Made by a program: the position numbers and the translations under genes. The notes beneath the pieces are model-generated. The model saw only the letters and a program-made list of their open reading frames with translations, did no database searches and was not told where the DNA came from. From an uncultured Pseudomonadota bacterium (GTDB lineage: Bacteria; Myxococcota_A; Polyangia; Fen-1088), in NCBI GenBank assembly GCA_963847705.1, contig CAWKBC010000047.1:64001-128000 (forward strand): DNA of 64,000 nucleotides, written 5' to 3'. Numbering within the stretch: position 1 is the stretch's first letter; the number at the start of each line of letters is the position of its first letter. Positions 1 through 10,771 of this stretch are shown here, piece by piece.

Positions 1-1
1 C

Positions 2-1066
2 TGCCGGTTCGATCGCGATCTGCTGGGCGAGGCGATCCGGCGCGAGCGGGCGCGCGGCGGGCAGATCTTCTTCGTCCACAACCGCATCGAGGATCTGGCC
101 AAGGAGGCCCAGAAGATCCGGGAGATCTCGCCGGAGGGGACCCGGATCGCCATCGCCCACGGCCAGATGCCCGAGGGGGAGCTGGAGAAGGTGATGGTCG
201 ACTTCGTCGACGGGCGCTACGACATCCTGGCCTGCACGACGATCATCGAATCGGGGCTCGACATCCCCCGCGCCAACACCATGATCGTCAACCACGCCGA
301 CCGCTTCGGGCTGGCGCAGCTCTACCAGCTGCGCGGGCGCATCGGGCGCTCGCGCGAGCGCGCCTTCTGCTACCTGGTCGTCCCCGAGGAGACCAAGATG
401 ACCCCCGAGGCCAAGCAGCGGCTGGCGGTCCTGCAGCGCTTCACCGAGCTGGGGGCCGGCTTTCAGGTGGCCACCCACGATCTCGAGATCCGCGGCGCCG
501 GCGAGCTTCTGGGCGAGCGGCAGCACGGCGCGGTGGCCTCGGTCGGCTTCGAGACCTACGCCCGCATCCTGGAAGAGGCGGTCGCCGAGCTGCGCGGCGA
601 GCCGATCAAGCAGGAGCACGACCCGGAGATCTCGGTCGACGTTCCCGCCTTCTTACCCGACGACTTCGTCCCCGACGCCGGGCAGCGGCTCGATTTTTAC
701 CGGCGGCTGGCCCGGGCCCGCGACGAGGACGAGGTGCGCGCCACGCTGGCCGAGCTGGAGGACCGTTACGGCGCGCTGCCCGAGGAGGCGCTGCTGCTCG
801 GCGAGGTGATGGTCGACAAGACGATGGTGCGGGCGCTCGGCGCGCTCGGCTACGAGCTGGGACCGGCGCGGCTGGTGCTGTCGCTGCGCAGCGACACCGC
901 GCTCGATCCCGCCAAGGTGCTGAAGCTGGTGCAAGCCAAGGCCAGCCGCTTCAAGCTGACGCCGGACATGCGCCTCTCGTACACCTTCGACGAGGTGGAG
1001 AAGCGCGATCGGATGGCGGCGGCCCGGGCCCGGTTGACGCAGCTGGCAGCGCTGACGGCCGCTTGA
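2..1066 (+). CDS. mfd: Transcription-repair coupling factor, C-terminal part (5' truncated by window)
   Basis: Frame is open from base 2 (RGGQIFFVHNRIE). Helicase motifs TTIIESGLDIP and QLYQLRGRIGRS, TRG motif DLEIRGAG, TRCF C-terminal domain. Confidence 0.97.
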   Translation, partial: CRFDRDLLGEAIRRERARGGQIFFVHNRIEDLAKEAQKIREISPEGTRIAIAHGQMPEGELEKVMVDFVDGRYDILACTTIIESGLDIPRANTMIVNHADRFGLAQLYQLRGRIGRSRERAFCYLVVPEETKMTPEAKQRLAVLQRFTELGAGFQVATHDLEIRGAGELLGERQHGAVASVGFETYARILEEAVAELRGEPIKQEHDPEISVDVPAFLPDDFVPDAGQRLDFYRRLARARDEDEVRATLAELEDRYGALPEEALLLGEVMVDKTMVRALGALGYELGPARLVLSLRSDTALDPAKVLKLVQAKASRFKLTPDMRLSYTFDEVEKRDRMAAARARLTQLAALTAA

Positions 1067-1111
1067 CCGCCGTCGTCTGCCACCTTCTCATTTTTCGGGT
1101 AGGCTTTCCCC

Positions 1112-1504
1112 ATGTACATCCTCCTGCACATGGCGGTGCTCACGGTGACCGTGCTGCTGGTGACCCGCATCGTGCCGTCGGTCAAGGTCAAGAGCGTCGG
1201 GTCGGCCATCATGGTGGCGCTGGTCTTTTCCGTGCTCAACGTGCTCTTCGGATGGTTCATCCGCGTCCTGCTCATCGTCCCCGCGATCCTCACGCTGGGG
1301 CTGCTGTTTCTCTTCTTCAACCTCATCGTCAACACGGTCCTGCTCTGGCTGACCGACAAGGTGATGCGCTCGTTCGAGATCGAAACCTTCCGCGGCCTCC
1401 TGAGCGCGGCCGCGATGATCACCCTCGCCAACTGGCTGTTCCACATGGCGGTTCAGGCCCATTTCGCTTCGATGCCCGGCCCTGGCCCGACCCGCTGGAT
1501 CTAG
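1112..1504 (+). CDS. Phage holin family / YvlD-like 4-TM membrane protein
   Basis: 130 aa, four hydrophobic segments, PAILTLGLLFLFFN motif typical of the holin_4_2/DUF360 family. Confidence 0.8.
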   Translation: MYILLHMAVLTVTVLLVTRIVPSVKVKSVGSAIMVALVFSVLNVLFGWFIRVLLIVPAILTLGLLFLFFNLIVNTVLLWLTDKVMRSFEIETFRGLLSAAAMITLANWLFHMAVQAHFASMPGPGPTRWI

Positions 1505-1530
1505 CGCCCGGGGCGTGTAATCTCTCGCGG

Positions 1531-2562
1531 ATGGCCACGACCCTCCGCCCCCTTATCTTGACCTGCGCCCTCGGCGCGGTCGCCTTCACGCTGCCAGCTT
1601 GCAAGCGCGGCGCGAGCCCGTCCGGCGAGGCCCGCAACGTCGACCCCTCGCAGATCGTCGCCAAGGTCGACGACGCCGTCATCACCGTCACCGACGTGCA
1701 GGACAGGATCAACAAGCAGTCTCCGTTCGTGCGCGCCCGCTACACCAACGCCGACAAGAAAAGAGAGTTTCTCGACGGCCTGGTGAAGTTCGAGGTGATG
1801 GCCGCGGAGGCTGCCCGGCGCGGCTACGACAAGGATCCCGACGTGCAGCGGGTCATGAAGCAGCAGATGATCTCCAAGCTGATGCAGAAGGACTTCGAGT
1901 CGAAGCTGAAGGTCGAGGACGTCCCCGACGCCGACGTGGAGAAGTACTACAACGAGCACCCGACCGAATTTCACCAGAAGGATGAGGTGCGGGTGAGCGA
2001 GATCCTGATCAAGGACAAGGGCAAGGCCGAGCGCGCCTACGCCGAGGTGCGTGCCCTCCCCAAGGGGGGCGTCAACGTCATGGACCAGAAGGGATTCCGC
2101 GACCTGGTGGTCAAGTACTCCGAGGACGAAGAATCGAAGCCGCGCGGCGGCGACCTGTCGTTCTTTGCCAACGACAGCGCGACGGTCCCCAAGCCGATCG
2201 TCGACGCCGCCTTCAACCTCAAGGACGTCGGCGACGTCGCTCCGCTGGTCAAGACCGACAAGGGGTGGGCGATCATTCGTCTCACCCAGAAGCGCCCCGG
2301 GTTCAACCGCTCGCTGGCCGAGGCCAAGCGGCAGATCCAGCAGCGCCTGTTCCGGGATCTGCGCTCCAAGGCCATGGACACCTTCGTCGACGACCTCAAG
2401 AAGAAGAGCAGCATCAGCATCAGCGAGGAGAACCTGGCCAAGGTCGTGGTCGAGGCGGGGGCCGGCAGCGCGCCGGTCGGTGCGCCGCCGCCCGGAACGC
2501 CCGCGCCGCGCCCGGTGGGGATGCAACCTTCCGGCGCGCCCGCCGCTCCAACCCACCCGTGA
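1531..2562 (+). CDS. Parvulin-type peptidyl-prolyl isomerase lipoprotein (PrsA/PpiC-like)
   Basis: ATG at 1531, lipobox LPAC, VAKVDD N-domain, rotamase motif YSEDEESKPRGGDLSFF. Confidence 0.88.
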   Translation: MATTLRPLILTCALGAVAFTLPACKRGASPSGEARNVDPSQIVAKVDDAVITVTDVQDRINKQSPFVRARYTNADKKREFLDGLVKFEVMAAEAARRGYDKDPDVQRVMKQQMISKLMQKDFESKLKVEDVPDADVEKYYNEHPTEFHQKDEVRVSEILIKDKGKAERAYAEVRALPKGGVNVMDQKGFRDLVVKYSEDEESKPRGGDLSFFANDSATVPKPIVDAAFNLKDVGDVAPLVKTDKGWAIIRLTQKRPGFNRSLAEAKRQIQQRLFRDLRSKAMDTFVDDLKKKSSISISEENLAKVVVEAGAGSAPVGAPPPGTPAPRPVGMQPSGAPAAPTHP

Positions 2563-3596
2563 AGCGAACGGGAATCCCATTGCGTCGCATGGCTCTTGCT
2601 CCGGGTCCGCGCCCGTTCGCGCTCGCAAGGGCGCGCTCCTTCGCGCTGGCTCTCGCCCTCTCGGCGAGCTTGTTCACGCCGCTCGCCGCGCGGGCGCGGG
2701 TGGTCGAACGGGTCGCGGCGGTGGTCGGCGATGCGCTGGTGCTGGCCAGCGAGGTCGAGGATCGGGTCGGACCGCTCATGGCCGACGTCAACCGGATCAC
2801 CGACCCGGACAAGCGCTCGGCGCGGGCCACGGCGCTGCGGCGCGAGGTGCTGGAGCGGCTCATCGACGACGAGCTGATCTATCAGCAGGCGGCGGAGCTC
2901 AAGCTCAGCATCTCCAGCGAGCAGGTCGACGCCTCGATCGAGGAGATCAAGAAACAGAACAACCTCACCGACGAGCAGCTGCGCGAAGCGCTGCGCGGGC
3001 AGGGGATGACGATGGCGTCTTACCGGGCCGACCTCAAGCGCCAGTTGCTGCGCTTCCGCGTCCTCAACATCGCGGTCGGCTCGCGCGTCAACATCTCGGA
3101 CGACGAGGTGCGCGCCTACTACGAGCGCCACATGAAGGACGGCAGCAACGTGCAGGTCCGCGCCAGCCACGTCTACATCGCGATCCCCGAGGGGGCCGAT
3201 GCCGCCGCCGCCGCCGAGAAGCAGGCGCAGGCGCAGAAGATCCTGGAGCGGGCCCAGGCCGGCGAGGATTTCGCCAAGCTGGCGCGGGAAACGTCGGACG
3301 ACGCGGCGACGCGCGCCGACGGCGGTGACCTCGGGTACTTCGGCAAGGACATGCTGCCCAAGGCGATCGAGGAGCTGGTCTTCTCGATGAAGGTCGGTGA
3401 GATCCGTGGTCCGATCCGGGTCGACCGCGGCTACCACGTCATCAAGCTGGTCGACCGCAAGGCCAAGGACCCGAAGCCGTTCGACGAGGTCAAGGAAGAC
3501 ATCCGGAACCAGCTCCGCGGCAAGGACATGGAGCGGCAGACGAAGATCTATCTCGGCGAGCTGCGCAAGAAGACCCTGGTCGACATCCGCTACTAG
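2559..3596 (+). CDS. surA: SurA-like chaperone/PPIase
   Basis: GTGA overlap with upstream stop (alternative ATG at 2589). VVERVAAVV SurA N-domain, VRASH...FAKLARETSDD...GGDLGYF parvulin domain, ends LRKKTLVDIRY. Confidence 0.85.
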   Translation: MKRTGIPLRRMALAPGPRPFALARARSFALALALSASLFTPLAARARVVERVAAVVGDALVLASEVEDRVGPLMADVNRITDPDKRSARATALRREVLERLIDDELIYQQAAELKLSISSEQVDASIEEIKKQNNLTDEQLREALRGQGMTMASYRADLKRQLLRFRVLNIAVGSRVNISDDEVRAYYERHMKDGSNVQVRASHVYIAIPEGADAAAAAEKQAQAQKILERAQAGEDFAKLARETSDDAATRADGGDLGYFGKDMLPKAIEELVFSMKVGEIRGPIRVDRGYHVIKLVDRKAKDPKPFDEVKEDIRNQLRGKDMERQTKIYLGELRKKTLVDIRY

Positions 3597-3642
3597 GCCA
3601 GCCGCTCGCGGGGGGGGGCGGAGCCCTTCCGGGGGTCGCTTT

Positions 3643-4473
3643 TCAGTCCAGCGAGAAGCTGTCGACGTGGAAGGTGGCCGGCGTGGCCCCTTCGCCCGCG
3701 CTGCCGCTGTTGAGCTGGAGTCCGTAGAGCACGACCTGCTTCGGATTGAAGCGACCGCTCGGGTCGGTCGTCATCGGATGGCTCAGATCCATGGCGATGT
3801 CCTGCCATTGCGATCCCGGCGCGACGTCCACGCTGGTGTCGGCGGGCACGTAGCTGACGCCGGTGTCGACGTAGAGCTGGGCGAAGCCGCCAAAGGTTGT
3901 GCCTTCATCCACTTTGAGGCGCACGTGCAAGGTGTGCCCCGACCAGTCCTGGGGAATGGCGAAGACGTAGGACTGGACGTCGACGTACTGCTTGGGACCG
4001 GAGAAGGGGACGGTAACCTTCAAGGAGCCGGGGCTCGGGCTCCCCACCGTGGAATCGAACGCGAGCGTCGGGGCGACACCGCCTTCGACGGTGCCCGGGT
4101 TGCCGAGGTTGGTCTGCAGGGTGTCGTGGTACGGATTGAAACCAAAGTCCGACGCGGTGTCGAAGGTCTCCACCGGCGTCCCGGCGATCGGCGCCGCGGC
4201 GTCGGCCAGCGCGCCCGGCTTGCCGGGTCCGTCGATGGCATCCAGGCGGGCGCCGTCGCTGGCGCTGCCATCGCCGTGTCCGTTCTGGCCGGCGGTCGCG
4301 CCTCCGGCGCCCGCCGCTCCGTCACGGTCGGCGCCGCTCTTGGAGCCGCAGCCCGCTGCGAGCGCAGCCACGAGAACCAACGCGGCGCGCGCCGCACCTT
4401 CGGGGGGCCTCCGCACGACGCCCGCGAGGCTAACACGATCGTGGCGCTCCGAGCGGTGGCGGATCTGTGCCAC
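3643..4473 (-). CDS. Lipoprotein with CBM-like beta-sandwich domain (start uncertain, probably later)
   Basis: Lipobox LAAGC, Gly/Ala linker, beta-rich domain (SPGSLKVTVPF...FAQLYV...WQDIAMDL...YGLQL). Confidence 0.65.
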   Translation of the reverse strand: MAQIRHRSERHDRVSLAGVVRRPPEGAARAALVLVAALAAGCGSKSGADRDGAAGAGGATAGQNGHGDGSASDGARLDAIDGPGKPGALADAAAPIAGTPVETFDTASDFGFNPYHDTLQTNLGNPGTVEGGVAPTLAFDSTVGSPSPGSLKVTVPFSGPKQYVDVQSYVFAIPQDWSGHTLHVRLKVDEGTTFGGFAQLYVDTGVSYVPADTSVDVAPGSQWQDIAMDLSHPMTTDPSGRFNPKQVVLYGLQLNSGSAGEGATPATFHVDSFSLD

Positions 4474-4497
4474 GGCGCCGGCTCTTCCCTTCCGTTT

Positions 4498-4851
4498 CTA
4501 ACCCGGCGGCCAGGCCAGCGCGCGGCCACCGAGGACGTGCAGGTGGACGTGGTGCACCGACTGGCCGGCGTCGGCGCCGGCGTTCATGACGACGCGGAAT
4601 CCGTTGGCGGCCAGCCCGCTCTCCTTGGCGCGCTGGGCGGCCACCACCATCAGGTGGCCGAAGAGCTCGACGTCGGCGGGCGTGGCCTCCGCCAGCGAGG
4701 CGATGTGCTTCACCGGAATGACCAGCTCGTGAAGCGGCGCCTTCGGGCCGATGTCCTTGAAGGCGACGGTGCGGTCGTCGCGGTAGGTCTCGGCGGCCTT
4801 GAGGTCGCCGCGGGCGATCTTGCAGAAGAGACAGTCGTCGGTGGTGGTCAT
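4498..4851 (-). CDS. hinT: HIT family nucleotide-binding protein
   Basis: DCLFCKI N-terminus and histidine triad HVHLHVLGGR. Confidence 0.95.
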   Translation of the reverse strand: MTTTDDCLFCKIARGDLKAAETYRDDRTVAFKDIGPKAPLHELVIPVKHIASLAEATPADVELFGHLMVVAAQRAKESGLAANGFRVVMNAGADAGQSVHHVHLHVLGGRALAWPPG

Positions 4852-4884
4852 CGTTGTCCTCCGGAGCGTGCTGAGCTTCTTACC

Positions 4885-6198
4885 TCAAGAGACGAGCCTC
4901 AGCAGCCGGGCGCGGGTCTCCTCGAACGGCGCGGCCTCGTCGGTGCGCTGGCGCAGGAAGGTGGTGATCGCCTCCATCCGCGCCACCGCCTCGTCGGTCA
5001 GCGGATCGGCGCCGCGCTGATAGGCGCCGAGCAGGATGAGATCGCGCTGGCGCTCGTAGGCCGCCATCAGCTCGCGCAGCCGGGCGGCGGCCGCGCGATG
5101 CGCCGGATCGGCGACGGCGCTCATGAGCCGCGACAGCGAGGGCAGCACGTCGACGGCGGGCCACTGGTTGCGGGCGGCGATCTCGCGCGAGAGGATCACG
5201 TGACCGTCGAGGATCCCACGCACCTCGTCGGCGATCGGCTCCTCCATGTCGCCGCCGGCGACGAGCACGGTGTAAAGCGCGGTGATCGAGCCGCGCGCGT
5301 CGTTGCCGGTCCTTTCCAGCAAGCGCGGCAAGAGCGCGAAGACGCTGGGCGGGTATCCCTGGCGCGCCGGGGGCTCGCCGGCGGCCAGGCCGACCTCGCG
5401 CTGGGCGCGCGCGACCCGGGTGACCGAGTCGAGCATGAAGAGCACGCGCCGCCCTTGCTCGCGGAAGTACTCGGCGATCGCCGTGGCGACGAAGGCCGAC
5501 TTGAGGCGCACCAGACTGGGCGTGTCGCTGGTGGCGCAGACGACGACCGAACGCGCGCGCCCCGCCTCGCCCAGGGATTCCTCGAGGAAGTCGACCACCT
5601 CGCGGCCGCGCTCGCCGACGAGCGCGATCACGTTGACGTCGGCCTCGGTCTGGCGCGCGATCTGCCCCATCAGCGTCGACTTGCCGACGCCCGAGCCGGC
5701 GAAGATGCCCACCCGCTGCCCCTCACCGACAGTCAGGAGGCCGTCGAGCGCGCGGACGCCGAGCGAAAGCGGTCGGGTCACCCGGCGGCGCGAGAGTGGA
5801 TCGGGCGCCGGGCGATCCACCGGCCAGGGGACGCAGGGGACGGCGCCGGCGATCGGTCCCGCGCCGTCGATCGGGCGCCCCAGCCCGTCCAGCACGCGCC
5901 CGAGGACGCCGTCGGAGACCGAGATCGAGAGCGGACGCCCGGTGGCGGTGACCAGCGAGTCGGGACCGATGCCGGCCGCCTCGCCGAGCGGCATCAGCAC
6001 CGCCTCGTCGCCGCGAAAGCCGACCACCTCGGCCGCCAGGCCCGATCCCTCCAGCGTCACGATCTCGCCGACGCGGACACCCGGGACGCTGGCCCGGATG
6101 ACCAGGCCGGTCACCTCCGTCACGCGTCCCGACTCGCGGCGCGGCGCCGCGCTCTCGAGCCGCGCCAGCGCCTGTCCCAGATCCAGCGTTTCAGCCAC
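4885..6198 (-). CDS. sctN: Type III secretion ATPase (SctN/YscN/FliI family)
   Basis: Walker A AGSGVGKST, VGERGREV, DSVTRVARAQREVGL, GYPPSVF, RGILDGH. Confidence 0.95.
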   Translation of the reverse strand: MAETLDLGQALARLESAAPRRESGRVTEVTGLVIRASVPGVRVGEIVTLEGSGLAAEVVGFRGDEAVLMPLGEAAGIGPDSLVTATGRPLSISVSDGVLGRVLDGLGRPIDGAGPIAGAVPCVPWPVDRPAPDPLSRRRVTRPLSLGVRALDGLLTVGEGQRVGIFAGSGVGKSTLMGQIARQTEADVNVIALVGERGREVVDFLEESLGEAGRARSVVVCATSDTPSLVRLKSAFVATAIAEYFREQGRRVLFMLDSVTRVARAQREVGLAAGEPPARQGYPPSVFALLPRLLERTGNDARGSITALYTVLVAGGDMEEPIADEVRGILDGHVILSREIAARNQWPAVDVLPSLSRLMSAVADPAHRAAAARLRELMAAYERQRDLILLGAYQRGADPLTDEAVARMEAITTFLRQRTDEAAPFEETRARLLRLVS

Positions 6199-6787
6199 GG
6201 CGACCTCCGGTGAGCGCGCGCTCGAGCGCGGCGAGCTGCGTTTCGAGCCGGGCGTCGACCCGCCCCTGCGGCGTCTCGATCACGCAGCCGTGACGCCCGA
6301 CCGCCTCGTCGGCGACCAGCTCCAGCGTCGCGGCCGGAGCGCCGGCGGCGAGCGCCGCGCGGCGCGCCTCGACCGCCGGGAGATCGTGGGGGTGAATCCG
6401 GACCCGCACCGTGCCGGCCCCCGGCCGGCAGGCGGCGAGCGCTTCGCTGGCGATCTCGGCCATGGTCTCGGGCGCCAGCGCCACCGCGCGCCCGACGATC
6501 TTCTCGGCCATCTTCGCCGCCAGCGCGATCGCCGTCGGGCCCGCCGCCGCGACCAGGCGCGCCGCCTCGCTGTGTGCCGCGGCCAGCGCGACGGCGGCCT
6601 CGGCCACGCCGTCGGCCCGTCCGATCTCGAACCCCTCGCGCCGCGCCGCCTCGCGCACCGCGTCCGCTTCCGCGCGAAGCGCCTCGGCCTCGATCTGGGC
6701 GCGGGCCAGGAGGGCGGCCGCCTCCGCTCGCGCGTCGAGCAGGGGTTTGGGAACGAGGTGGCCGAAGCTCTTCACGACGCGCCCCAC
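6191..6787 (-). CDS. sctL: T3SS stator protein (SctL/FliH family)
   Basis: Ala-rich helix with GxxxG (AARREGFEIGRADG), VRIHPHD, GCVIETPQGRVDA; overlaps sctN start. Confidence 0.88.
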   Translation of the reverse strand: MGRVVKSFGHLVPKPLLDARAEAAALLARAQIEAEALRAEADAVREAARREGFEIGRADGVAEAAVALAAAHSEAARLVAAAGPTAIALAAKMAEKIVGRAVALAPETMAEIASEALAACRPGAGTVRVRIHPHDLPAVEARRAALAAGAPAATLELVADEAVGRHGCVIETPQGRVDARLETQLAALERALTGGRRG

Positions 6788-6790
6788 CGT

Positions 6791-7666
6791 CTAGGCCTCG
6801 CCCTGGGCCTCGGCTGCAAAGGCCAGCAGTCGACGTCCGAGCGCCGGTGGAAGCCTCTGCGCGACCGCCTGGACGGCGTCGCCTCCCTCGGGCGCGAGGG
6901 CGATGGCCAGGGCCCGGGCGCCCAGGTGCGCCGCCAGATCGCTCGGCCTCTCCGTCGCGACACGCGCCACCAGCCGGCGTGCCGCCTCTCGCCTGTCCGC
7001 GGGTCCGGGTTGCGCGGCCGCATCGAGCAGGGTGCGCGCGAGCCGTCCGCCCAGGTTGGCCGCGGCGCGCGCGACCACCACGGGAGGGGCTCCCCGGAGC
7101 GAAACCCCGAGCGTCTCGGCACCGCGCCCCTCGATGGCCTCCTCCAGCGCGGCAAACGACAGCGTCATCAGCGGGGCAGCCTCGGGCCCGCTGGGCGCGC
7201 CTGGCTCGGCCAGGGGCACCAGGCCAGCAAAGACCCGGCGGCGCAGCTCGGCTGCTCCCGCGGCCGAGATCGCGACACCCTGCGACGAGGCTTCGCCGCG
7301 GTCGGTCAGGATCTCCTGGGCGATCCGCCGGACCTCGGCCGGCAGATCCTCCCCCTCGCCGCCGGCGCCTTGCAGCGCCCGGATGACGGCCGACGACTCG
7401 GGAACCAGCCGTTCGCGCAGCCAGCCGGGATGGAGGCGCTCGATCCCCGCCGGCACAGGGGCCCGCACCAGCGAGATGAGCGCCGCCAGCGTCGACGCGC
7501 GCGCGGCCCGGGGCCCGGCGACCAGGGCCTCCAGCACAGCCTGCCCCTGCCGCCCGGTCGGGCCCGGGAAGCGGGTCGCGAAGGTCTCCGGCGGCATTCG
7601 GGCGAGGAGCGCCCCGAGGACGAGCCCCTTTTGCGCGAACGGAAGCGCCGCCACCGCTGGATGCAC
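6791..7666 (-). CDS. Hypothetical helical protein, SctK-like by position
   Basis: GTG at 7666 within the long frame, ends 3 nt before sctL. LHPGWL motif resembles the HPxW of SctK/YscK-type proteins. Confidence 0.55.
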   Translation of the reverse strand: MHPAVAALPFAQKGLVLGALLARMPPETFATRFPGPTGRQGQAVLEALVAGPRAARASTLAALISLVRAPVPAGIERLHPGWLRERLVPESSAVIRALQGAGGEGEDLPAEVRRIAQEILTDRGEASSQGVAISAAGAAELRRRVFAGLVPLAEPGAPSGPEAAPLMTLSFAALEEAIEGRGAETLGVSLRGAPPVVVARAAANLGGRLARTLLDAAAQPGPADRREAARRLVARVATERPSDLAAHLGARALAIALAPEGGDAVQAVAQRLPPALGRRLLAFAAEAQGEA

Positions 7667-7762
7667 GGCGGCATCATCGGTTGACCCAAGGCTGGGTTGC
7701 AACCCCCGCCGCCCCCCCCCGACTTGCGCCCGGGGCCCGGGCCGAGTACACCTGCGCCCCAA

Positions 7763-9658
<1,896 letters not shown>

Positions 9659-9662
9659 ATAG

Positions 9663-9687
9663 TTGGGAACCCTGGGAGGGCTCCCAA
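9663..9687. terminator. Hairpin just after typA stop
   Basis: TTGGGAACCCT-GGG-AGGGCTCCCAA, 11-bp stem with one mismatch, between convergent genes; no U-tract. Confidence 0.4.
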
Positions 9688-9696
9688 TCCCTCCCC

Positions 9697-9810
9697 CGAT
9701 GAGGTCGAGCCCGCGGAGCCGTCTGTCCCTCTCGCGATGAGGTCGAGCCCGCGGAGCCGTCTCTCCCTCTCGCGATGAGGTCGAGCCGGCGGAGCCGTCT
9801 GTCCCTCACG
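9697..9810. repeat. Intergenic tandem repeat, 3 x 38 bp
   Basis: Unit CGATGAGGTCGAGCCCGCGGAGCCGTCTGTCCCTCTCG at 9697, 9735 and 9773, with 1-2 substitutions relative to copy 1 and no spacers. Confidence 0.95.
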
Positions 9811-9832
9811 CGATCCGGCGCAGCGGCGCCGG

Positions 9833-10603
9833 TCAGCCGCGGCAGCAAAGGACGCCGCCGGCGCGCTCTGACCCGGTCGACGCACAGCCCTGATCCTGCC
9901 CGAAGGGGATGTGGGTGTGTTGCGGCCAGACACCGTCGCGGCAGAGACCAAACTGCCCGCAGTCGCGACCGCAGCAGACCGGCTCCGAACACCATCCGCG
10001 CGGAAAGCAGCCGTAGCTCGCCTGGGGCCCGGGATCGACGGCGCAGCCGTGCTGTTCCTTGCAGTGAGAGATCGCGGCCGCGAACCGGCCGCCGCCGGCC
10101 TGCTCGCAATCGTCGGCGCTGACCTGGCGGAGATCCGCGACCGCCCCGCTGCTCCCGCACACATGCCACCCGGCCGCGCAGACGTCGGCCGCGGCGGCGC
10201 ACGGGCCGAGCTCGTCGCCGCAGGCCTGTCCTGTGGGCGCCCCCCGGAGGCTCTGGCGCCCGCTCCAGGTTCCCATGCAGCCGGCGATCGCCGGGTAGCG
10301 CTGGGTGTCCAGGAACGCTTCACGGTGGCCGTCCGCGCAGCCGATCACGGCCGGATCGCCTGCAGGTCCGTGCTCGAGCACGATCGAGCGGCCGTGCTCG
10401 TCGACCACCGTCTCGGGTATTCCACGCACCGGGGGCGGAGGGCCCCCGTAGGGTTGTGCCCCGTAAGGTTGTGAGCCGTAAGGTTGCGGAGGATACGCCG
10501 GGGGCGGAGGGCCCGGCGGCCCGGCAACGATCGTGCAAGCGCCGAGCGCGAGGCTCAATCCCCACGCGACCTTGACCCAGAGCGACCATGAGCGACGGTT
10601 CAT
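9833..10603 (-). CDS. Cys-rich lipoprotein with Pro/Tyr-rich linker
   Basis: ATG at 10603, lipobox LGAC, QPYG repeats, Cys-rich domain starting GCADGHREAF...IAGC and ending GGVLCC. Confidence 0.75.
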   Translation of the reverse strand: MNRRSWSLWVKVAWGLSLALGACTIVAGPPGPPPPAYPPQPYGSQPYGAQPYGGPPPPVRGIPETVVDEHGRSIVLEHGPAGDPAVIGCADGHREAFLDTQRYPAIAGCMGTWSGRQSLRGAPTGQACGDELGPCAAAADVCAAGWHVCGSSGAVADLRQVSADDCEQAGGGRFAAAISHCKEQHGCAVDPGPQASYGCFPRGWCSEPVCCGRDCGQFGLCRDGVWPQHTHIPFGQDQGCASTGSERAGGVLCCRG

Positions 10604-10771
10604 TGGGCGCAGATTAACTCGGACGCGACGGCCCTGCCTGTCGCGCAGCACACAGACGGGTCGGTCCGTTCGCCCAGCCGCTTCTCGGATCCAGGGTTCG
10701 CAGAATTGTTGCGGAGGTGACGGAGTTGTTGCTGCGGTACCGACCGCAAAGGGTTTACCCTCAACAGGGAT

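Noticed and set aside
1112-1504. Prophage signalled by a holin
   Set aside because: This family is common in chromosomal contexts and no other phage genes are nearby.
3397-6213. 938-aa plus-strand ORF and similar long ORFs (5282-7684, 16463-18772, 23678-25603, 33894-35936, 44034-46451)
   Set aside because: Antisense shadow frames of well-supported genes; stop codons are rare at this GC content.
9697-9810. CRISPR array
   Set aside because: Repeats are contiguous with no unique spacers, and no cas genes are in the window.
10700-10735. Pho box upstream of ppx (TTGTTGC repeated 20 bp apart)
   Set aside because: Poor match to the CTGTCAT 11-bp-period consensus.
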